A stretch of 64,000 nt of DNA from Octopus vulgaris (taxonomy: Eukaryota): positions 60,016,001-60,080,000 of the forward strand of contig OX597814.1 of NCBI GenBank assembly GCA_951406725.2, in the 5' to 3' direction. The position numbers and the translations under genes are program-made. The notes beneath the pieces are model-generated. The model made no database searches and was not told where the DNA came from. It saw nothing but the letters and a program-made list of their open reading frames with translations. Below are positions 54,449 to 64,000 of the stretch, in pieces (the stretch's first letter is position 1; each line of letters begins with the position of its first letter).

Positions 54449-54950
54449 CCAAGTGATACATTTTCCATACAGACTTGAGAAAATACATACTCTATTTTGG
54501 ACTGTGAGTACATCGTTCCGCTTCCTCAGATGCATATTTTTACAAAGGCTATTCCTGCGTTGGTAAGAATATCATGAAAATAATGAGAATTGGGGGGTAA
54601 GTAAAAATACATTTTCCAAGTGATACATTTTCCATACAGACTTGAGAAAATACATACTCTATTTTGGACTGTGAGTGACATCGTTCCGCTTCCTCAGCTG
54701 CATATTTTTACAAAGGCTATTCCTGCGTTGGTAAGAATATCATGAAAATAATGAGAATTGGGGGGTAAGTAAAAATACATTTTCCAAGTGATACATTTTC
54801 CATACAGACTTGAGAAAATACATACTCTATTTTGGACTGTGAGTACATCGTTCCGCTTCCTCAGCTGCATATTTTTACAAAGGCTATTCCTGCGTTGGTA
54901 AGAATATCATGAAAATAATGAGAATTGGGGGGTAAGTAAAAATACATTTT
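54449..54950. repeat. Tandem repeat, 3 copies of a 167-168 bp unit
   Basis: Units start at 54449, 54616 and 54784 (CCAAGTGATACATTTTCC...) and are nearly identical. Confidence 0.95.
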
Positions 54951-55654
54951 TCATTCAGATAAGATAAATGTAACAATAACATATTTTAACTGATTAAACG
55001 AATATTAACCAGCAGGTGTATTTTATTTCTGCAGTGAAATTTTAAATTTTGAATGAATAAATTCAACCTTATAAAAATTGAAGATAAGAACAAAATATAA
55101 CACTTTACATTTTATACTATGCATTACGCAACTTTTCTATCACAAAATTCACCTATAAATCCTCATAAGTGAAAGTAAATATAAGACTCGTAAATCTATA
55201 TATACAGTAAAGAGTTTCTTTCTTCTTTTTCCAGTAATTCATGTGTTCATTCAATTGAAATGAATAATGAATATATATCTTTTAAAGTTTCTTCGATTAA
55301 TATTTGAATTTTACACAGTGCATGTATAAATGCTGAGGCATGATCTTTGAATACGTCGTCACTAAGAGGTTGGAAAGAATATCCATATCTTAATGTTTAT
55401 AGAAATCAAACAATGTATAGTAATGCAATAAACTATTAAAATACCGTTTGTAAAGAAGAGACTGGTGGCAGAGAAATATAAAGTGGAAACAAAATCAGGG
55501 ATAATTCGGCGAAATAAGAGAAACAACATTGATATGTTGAAAAACAGTACATATTCTAATTTAAAAAAGGGACAAATATTAAGCATGTCTAAAAAATCAC
55601 AGATTATGGAAGACAATATTTGTTACATTTACAGCAACTAGCTACGTAATAATC

Positions 55655-55865
55655 CTTTCTAATATAGGCACAAAGCCTGGAATTTTATGGACAGGTACTA
55701 GTCAATTACATCAATTAACATGATCAAGTGTTACTTATTATATCGATACCAGAAGGAGGAAAAGCAAGGACGACGTCAGTTGAATTTGAACTCAGAACCA
55801 TAACACGCAATAGACGCCGCTATGCAATTTTGTCCAGCGTGCAAACGATTCTACCAGTTTGCAGT
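55655..55865 (-). mobile_element. SINE family 1, decayed
   Basis: GAATTTGAACTCAGAAC and AACGATTCTACCAG are the reverse complement of the family 1 head. Confidence 0.7.
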
Positions 55866-55899
55866 CTAAACCAGCCACGTAAAAATAACATTGTATATA

Positions 55900-56046
55900 G
55901 GCAGAGACATGGCTGAGGGGTAAGAATTTTCTTTTCTAACCACATAGTTCTGGTTTCATTATTACCGTATGGCAGCTTGGGCCAGGCTGATCAAAGCCTT
56001 ACAATTACATTTGATTAGATGGAAACTAAAAACGTCCGTCGTATAT
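55900..56046 (+). mobile_element. SINE family 3, 5' half, decayed
   Basis: ATGGCTGAGGGGTAAGAA...AACCACATAGTTC...GATGGAAACTAAAAACGTCCGTCGTATAT. Confidence 0.65.
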
Positions 56047-56181
56047 ACAAAAGTACAGACCACACCTTAATATACAAATTTGGTCACCTGCTCCTTACAA
56101 ATTCCTTAAAATAATAAAAAATCAAAAGTAAAAACTCAAAATGTGAACATGAATTGTAACACTTTCACTCAATTTATTGGC

Positions 56182-56219
<38 letters not shown>

Positions 56220-56794
56220 TTCTTTGGCTTATTTAAATTATATTACATTATATTGACCAAGGATTTTCCCTTTGTCTATAATAATTCAATATTGACAAAA
56301 TGAGGAACTAGTATTATAAATTACACACAAATATACAGATAAACATACCTCTAGTATATATTATGAACGGAAAGAGACTTTTTGTACATTTCAAACAATT
56401 TCAATTTCCTTTTTCACAATTTTTCAAAATTGCATATATTACTATTTTTTCACATTTCCTGTAGAAATTACGTCTCATATTCAATAAAACTAAGAAGGTA
56501 GTTGTACCCCTTGCCACTTGTTGCCTCTCTTTATCTACTCCCTCCACTCATTACTTCTCCAGGAATCTTAAATGGCATGCTCCATTGTTTCAAGGAATTA
56601 TCACTTCACAATGTCCCTTGAAAAACTAATTTAAACAGCGAAAACCGGTTGGATATCACTACATTTTATGAGACATTTGCCATCCATAAAATATGTATCT
56701 ATATTTTTTTTATAAAAAGCTATTAAAACTATGTGAAATGAAGGCGTTTCTCTTCCCCTTTTTTATATATGTTTTCCATACATTTTCACTCCAA

Positions 56795-57313
56795 ATATTC
56801 TCAAGTTTGGCTGGTCCCACTCCGGAACGATACGGCCGTTATATTGACGACTGTATCAATGCGACTTCACTCTCCCGTGAACATCTAGGCTCCTTTCTCT
56901 CTTTTGTCAAATCTTTCCATCCTGCCCGCCATTTCTCCTACACTATCTCTGACCACCCTCCTCACCGGCACCAGTCATCGACCCTATCATATCATCGACT
57001 CCTTCATTTGCACTTCTACCAATATCATCTACTGCATCTCCTGCTCTCTCTGCCCTTCTCTATACATCGGCCAAAGGGACGCCGCTTGGCTGACCGATTC
57101 GCGGCACACTTGCAAGAAATCCGACTCGGCAATGACATCCCGGTCTCACGCTATTTCCGCTCTACCAGTCACTCTTTGCAACACCTGTCTGTGTTCGGAT
57201 TGTCCTTGCACAGAGGCCATCCTGACTCCCGGTTACGACGTGTGCAAGGATTAATCTTCTCTTTTCGCTCCTTTGATCCACATAGACTCAACTCTCGTTT
57301 TCTCTTCATCTAG
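56795..57313 (+). mobile_element. Penelope-like element coding relic: RT motif joined by deletion to GIY-YIG endonuclease
   Basis: YGRYIDDC (RT catalytic motif); FICTSTNIIYCISCSLCPSLYIGQ (GIY-YIG with CxxC); RLADRFAAH...VSRYF...LIFSFRSFDPHRLNSRF. Confidence 0.9.
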
Positions 57314-58063
57314 CCTCCTCCCCTCTTCTCTTTCACTCTCACACCTACTTCCTCCCACCCACCTCCTCTCTTGCTCCGACTCCTACTTCTTCTCTTCACT
57401 CTTACACCCTTCTCTTCTCTTCATTCCTACCCACCTTTCTCTTCCCCACTCCCTTCATCGTCACCCCTCCCTCGCAACTCCACCCCCACACAAACTAACC
57501 GCACCTTCCCTATCAATCTCATCCCTTACACCCTCTCCCATATACTCCACCTCTACCACCAACCTCAGCCTAACGCTTACCCCTCCCCATCTCCCAACAC
57601 CATCACACCACACCACACACCACTACACCATGGACCACCGTACGACACAACACCACATCTTATCACATCACACCACCAAGCACAATCTAGCACTGACCAC
57701 TTCCCAGCCTCACATTCATACACCTAGACATACATACACGCACACTTCAAGGTCACCAGCCCTCTTCCACAAGCGCATACATGCTCTCTTATACACTCGC
57801 ACGCGCACCTTCGTTTTGGGATTACCACTACTTTATTATCTCCCCCTTTTTCTAGCTCTCTGTCCGGCATTCACCATCATAGATCGCTAGCCACTACGAA
57901 TTCTTTATTTTCTCTGCTTGTTTCTTTCTGTGTTCTTTTCTATGGAAGAGCGTGGGCTCGAAACATTAAAAACTTTTTCACTTCCCGGGCGTTAAACTAA
58001 TACATCTGTTTCTTGTCTACACCACCTGTCTTCGTCTTTTGTTTTTTTTGTGAATTCTCCCTA
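57314..58063 (+). mobile_element. 3' UTR / pseudo-LTR of the Penelope element (family A terminus at 57875-58063)
   Basis: Pyrimidine/CA-rich tract continuing from the GIY-YIG stop into the ~190-bp terminal unit repeated at 3666, 16371 and 23900. Confidence 0.8.
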
Positions 58064-58075
58064 TACACACACACA

Positions 58076-58127
<52 letters not shown>

Positions 58128-58249
58128 TTCTCTTCTATTTTTAATCTAAATACTTCCTTTGAGGAAGGATTTGCTTTCGAACAAAGATACAAAACTCTGT
58201 TGTTGCAATGTAGATGACGAAAACAATGTCACATTTTCAACTTAAGAAT

Positions 58250-59130
58250 AGGCTTGCATATTTTTACTGCTCCACTTACACATCGTATTTGCAATGCACG
58301 AGTTAGTGGATTCGTTTGTTTTTCTAAAACTTTCAAGCGTATCCAGACAGTCATTTAGGCATTTATTCACAAACGAAGTACACCAAATATTATTGTGATA
58401 ATAGTAAACTGGCAATCTGGATATAGAATCTGGATGTTTCGAAACAGCTGTATATAGTTATTCCCTTTCTGTTTGATTTTCAAAGAGATATTCACATCAG
58501 CTGGACTGCTAAAGTCAGTGACGATACATATTTTTTCTTGTCTATCCTAAGCAACAATATCCGGCGTGTTTTGCTTTATACCTGACAGATGTTTTGATGG
58601 AAATGTTTAACCAGTATCCCATGTCTTGATATTTGCGTGCATATTCAACGACAGGGGGTTTTCTATAGGCATGCCAGGCCATACATGATTGCATTTTATT
58701 ATTTTGTTTCTTTTTGGAGAGACATTGTGTAGCATAGGAAGGTAATTCCTTGATATAATTTTTGGAGAGTTGCTAATCACATATGTGATATCTTCAACAG
58801 AAATAAGACATAATCTATATTTTCGGTTGCAGCTTTGAATTCCACGGGTTTCACAGTCTCTTTCGTTGATTTGGTATTTAGTAGTAATCTCCTACTCTTG
58901 GATAGCAAATGCACACACTTCGAAGTTTAATGTAAGGTAACAGTCACAGGTCCAATAGTGTGATGTTAGTCTTGTAGTTTTAGGATTGTATAGGTGGCCA
59001 TCAGAAAGAGAGAGCTTCTCAAGAAGCACGCTACCGACATGTAGGATATAGTTTTCTTCAGTTTTCAGTACTAAGTTAATGTTTTTAGCTCTTTATAACC
59101 ATCGGAGTGCGAAGAGCTCAGCACGAATGC
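58250..59130 (-). mobile_element. R4/Dong-like RLE LINE 3' fragment, related to 8290-8830
   Basis: Manual translation: AFAIQE*EITTKY...YRLCLISVEDITYVIS...KQNTPDIVA*DRQEKICIVTDFSSPADVNI...FRNIQILYPD. Not in the ORF track. Confidence 0.8.
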
Positions 59131-59462
59131 AAATTCGTGAGGTGATTGTGAGTTGTAAACGGTTTTGAGTTGGAAGGGGAAAGAAAAGTATTAATACGCA
59201 ATGCGCATGGGCACATGAAATTGTAAAAACGGAAAAGAAGAAAAGAACGCAATGTGCAAGTCAAAATAAAAAGGGAGAGGAGAATGAAAACGTAATGTCA
59301 AACAAGCAATAGCAAACATTCTCAAACGCAATGTCTGCACGCCACGTCTGACACCACTATTACGCAGCGCTACTGAAACTTTCTTGTTTCTGTATCTTTT
59401 TGTTTTTGGCAGGTACTGTCTGTGAGAGCTTATATGACATTTGACATACATACATATAGATT

Positions 59463-59494
<32 letters not shown>

Positions 59495-60441
59495 TGTGTG
59501 TGTCTTTATTATTGTTCTTCTCCTATCTCAACATGGCAATCGGCTTTGGTTTGTTTACATCTGCGTAATGCAGCGTTTCACCAATGGAAGGATTTGTTCG
59601 ACTCTGCCCTTCAATGCGGATCTCCAGTATGTCTGCAGTTCTACGAGTGAAACGAGGGAATGCTGAAAGGTTAATATTTTACCAACTTGCATACTTAACA
59701 ACAACAACAGCAAATTCAAAGCTACAAGGAAAAATTCAAATTATTGCTGTTTACTTCGATGATGTTCATTACAGCTTCAAAGAAGCAAAATCACGCGTGA
59801 TATTTGCTGATTGCATGGACAGAGGCCTTGTGAATATTCATTAATCGGGACAGTATCATCCTTCGTTTCGTTTAAATGGCACTTAACAAGCCCAGAAATA
59901 TTGGTAAAATAAATTCCAGGTGAGTACTTTCATCGCCTCTACTGACTAACCTCAACATAATTTAAATTACTATATATCCAATATCGCGCTACATGTAAAT
60001 TTTCATCCATATTAGACTTGGAAAATTGCTTGATGTTAAAAGGCACTTTTCTGTTTTAGAATACTAAATTATTTAAACATTACTTTAAATATTAATAATG
60101 TGTATATAACATTCCCCATCCCAAATTACAACCGTGAATAGTGAATCCTGTTGAAAAAAAGTTGCACTATTCGAGAATATTTAAACATTTAAAATATTTA
60201 TGAAAACGTTAATAACGAGCACATAATAATTTCTCATCCTAATCGTAGTAAGAAAACTGAACATTATATCAAATATATATATATATTACTATTTTAGTTA
60301 AAAATTTCTTTGCTTATACAAATATTAAAAACAAATATATAACACACGTTTTGCTAGTGATATTATTCATGAAGAATAAATAAAGCATTCTACTATCTAT
60401 TACTATTTCTTATAACACCCATTACGCCATGACAATAATCA

Positions 60442-60526
<85 letters not shown>

Positions 60527-60756
60527 ATATATATAGTGTGTGCATATATGTGTGTACGCGTTGGTAAATGGGTGTGTTCCTGAGTCTATATGTATACGTA
60601 TTTGAACATATATATGTGGAGTGATTCACGCGTGTGTAGAAGCACACATACACATATACTCACACGCGCACATACATCCATACACATATATGTATATAGT
60701 TATACGTGTATATATATATACCTGTGCACGTATACATTCACTATACATATACATAT
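60442..60756. repeat. (TA)n and degenerate TA/CA low-complexity tract
   Basis: Direct reading. Confidence 0.9.
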
Positions 60757-63700
60757 TTTTTAGATGCTTTAATGAAATCTCAATATAGGAGAAAATTCAC
60801 TTAAAAAATAAATCTGAATTAATTTAGATTATTTGCTGAATGGTGGAAATTTATGAAATTTATATATTATTCAAGTTAAAACCAGAATCTTTAAATATAA
60901 AAATATGATTTTTAGAAAGTTTTTTTTCTTTAATTTTCCTCTGAAGTAGACAATTTTATTCTCAAGACGGAAATGCGTATATAACTCAACAGACGTTCTT
61001 TCGTTGCGTATTCATCTTCACTTAGAATATACTGCAGAGGATGTAATTATTAAGTGAAGACAAGTAAGATATAGTATAGATGACATTTTTTGGTATTATA
61101 TATGTTATAGTATATGACGTTAGTAAGAAACAAAACTTGGTTAGAATGTCGATCGTTTAACGGCAAGTGAATAATTTTAGCTGGAAGTTCAAATATCATT
61201 TCAGTTTACTTTTCTACTTCTAGCAATGTTGTTAGTTTTTCCGTCTTTCTTTTCGTTTCAACAGTATTATTTCAACACCTTTTCCCAACAGAAACATATA
61301 ATAAGCATTACTATTTCCAATATATCTCATCTCCTAAAACTAACACGCATAATCATCAACCGTTTAAATTCATTTATTTTTGTAAATGGAAATTTGAGAC
61401 AACAATGTGACTGTGACATCCGCTTGAAGATTATTCATTTTACTTATATCACTAATGAATTTTACAAAGGCATTAATATCAGAAAATGTCAATCATATCA
61501 CCTATGAAATGCCTGCTTTCGGAACTAAATAAGAAATCAATACATGGCTATAATATTTATAGGTGACACCCCGGTCTCGCAAAATGTGAATCAGTAAGGC
61601 ACATTGCTTAGTCAGAGATGGCTTAACTCTTCACAAGCGTAACGTTGTGAACAATTGGGATCGTCTTTGTGAAATTGTAATAAATCAATTCATATGCTCA
61701 TAAAAGAACCAACCGTGAAGTCTGTTATAACTAGGAGCCAATTCACTTTCAAATCATACGACCCTATTTTCATAAAATATACCTGAATTTTGAGTTGAAT
61801 GTTTTTGACAGCCGGTTTCCAGAATTGGTTAATGTTAAATAAAAGCATCCCAGTTACTACAGCTGTAAGACGTTCAAACCAACATTTGTATCACTGTATG
61901 TTCGACAAAAATTTCAACTGTAACAATAACATTCGTTAAATAATATGCGTTTATGCAATGTTATTACAAGTAGTCGGTAGCATTTCAGGTAAGATTCTAT
62001 TTGAAACGTATGAAAATTACAGTTCCTATATCATTCAAATGTAGCCTTACTCTTAATACATACACATGTATTTCATTTCATAGAGCACATAACTTCCACA
62101 CTATAGTATAATTTGTGAGTTATTTACGTTTACAAGCCATATCATCTTAAAACTAGAAGTCAGATTAAAATGATTGATAGGAAACGTTAATCTGTCAAAT
62201 GACTCCAGAAAGACGACATAAAAGGAATAAAAACAGACATACCTCTAATTGGGTGTATGTTGACAAAAAAACTGCATCTACATGTAATTAAAGAAAGCCC
62301 TCGGGGTGAGAATTAAACAAACTAAACATAAATAGTAAAACTGTTTTGCATTCCGAGTGACGTATGAAGTGTAAGTTAAAGAAGTTGATGAAGAAATATT
62401 CAGATACTAGGAGTTCAGATAGTGAAAGTGAAACTAATCCACAACTGCTTTTAAGAACAGAGATCGTATCAAATATACTTATGAATTTATGTTGTGCTTT
62501 ACATCAACGTTCCAAAAGAGATCGAACGTTATATAATGTTAAGGGGAAAAAGTAGAAGTTCGTATCACAGTTTCAAAATTATTACTATTTAATACTCTTG
62601 TCGATGTCTTACCAAATGCTGCATCTTCGACATGGCTTGTATGACACTACTGACAAATATGTTTATTTTCTCCAAGCGTACACAAGTTTTACATGAATTC
62701 CTAGATTAAAACAGATGTCTTTATTGCAAATGAGATAATTCCAAATAGAAAAAACTGGCTTTGTGTTTTCAGCGACATTTACTGTATGTTTGACTGAGTG
62801 ATTGCTTTCTTTATTGCGCACAAATAAGAGGATGATACAAGAACTTAAAATGCCGTTTACATTTAAGCGGAAATGGTGTAGCTACCATACTGTTTTAAAC
62901 TCAGCAGGTAACTTGGTGTTCTAGCCTAGCTCGGGCGCCTGCTTTTGTACGATAAATAATACTCCTTTATTATTGCTATACCGATAATTATTATACTATT
63001 GGTAGTTTTGTTGCATTTCCAATAAATGCTATCTTGTATTTCTGTGATTTTATGATCTGTCTTCACCTTCTTCACCTTATATGAAATGTTGATTGATACT
63101 TCTACAATAATAAATGCGAACTTCTGTCTGTCTGAGACTCCTTAGTCTATATTTGCTCTACATAAACATATTATACATTTTTAGAGTCAGGATGTTCTCA
63201 GGATTGGAAATCTGCCCTTTATTTGGTTCTTGAACATCCAGCATTGGGATCTGATTTTAAAGCATTTGGGTTGCTATTTCTTGCAGGTAAAGCTTGGCTG
63301 ATTCACACCATCTTGGTTGTCGTCTGTCAGATGACGTCAGAGATCAAGGGGAAGAGAAGAGACATTCGCTTCGTTAATTTTACGTCGACATAAGAACTTT
63401 GGGACAAATCGGCCAACGGAATTCAAATTGGGATTGCAACAATAGAACGATTGCATTACAGTATTAATTCTTCTCCGTCCTTAACCTCTGATAAAACATT
63501 ATAGATGTATTATAGCCATGCTCTTTAGCTCACTTAGTTTTGGGCCGTACACCCAATTAGCCTTCCGCAGGAGCTAGCTCAGAAGTCCGTACAGAGTGCA
63601 CCTTTTAAGCTAGGATAACAATAACAGTGATGTGTTGTAATTATTTCATGTTTTAATAGAGCATTGTATTTATCAATATTAAAATTTACGATGCGGTATA

Positions 63701-64000
63701 TCCATAGATTCTGGCCGTCACAACATTACTAACAGGTTACTGTGAGAAATGAGCACTACATACATAATGTAATTTATGTATTTATCAACTATATTCTTAG
63801 TCCGATAGAACAGTGAAATACTAATATAAACCCAGTGAGTTCAATGAATGGCACATACTTTTCAGCAAATTAGCTTGCCAAGGACGGTTAACATAATGGT
63901 GATGATGAGGAGCAGGAGAGGGAGGAGATGGAAAAGATAAAGAGGGACGAGAATGAAGAGAAAGAAAAGGAAGATCTTGAAGAGGAGGAGAGGAGTATGG

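Noticed and set aside
54449-54950. CRISPR-like array
   Set aside because: Head-to-tail identical units with no unique spacers, in a eukaryotic context with no cas genes.
57273-57890. 205-aa and 118-aa S/P/H/T-rich ORFs
   Set aside because: Low-complexity C-rich Penelope 3' region that lacks stops because of its composition; no domain is recognisable.
62364-62555. 63-aa ORF MKCKLKKLMKKY...
   Set aside because: Short, with no recognisable motif or splice context.

Overview
This is AT-rich, microsatellite-saturated animal genomic DNA. It is probably an octopus or other coleoid cephalopod, inferred from the SINE families and repeat landscape and not verified. No intact host protein-coding gene is recognisable; nearly all ORFs in the track are microsatellite artefacts or decayed transposon fragments. 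The window holds: (1) at least nine Tc1/mariner-superfamily relics (mariner DD34D, DD37D-like, Tc1 DD34E); (2) R4/Dong-like RLE LINE 3' ends stacked in (TAA)n tracts, together with a non-coding TAA-flanked element; (3) two RTE fragments and one L1/Tx1-like 5' end; (4) Penelope-like RT/GIY-YIG fragments with many solo or inverted pseudo-LTRs; (5) three tRNA-derived SINE families. The most interesting signal is a set of hammerhead-ribozyme (HHR) motifs, mostly in Penelope-type pseudo-LTRs. One is near-canonical (42157-42200), one is a minimal form (54209-54248), and a recurring variant has a non-canonical 8-nt core. All motifs were read by eye and none has been tested.
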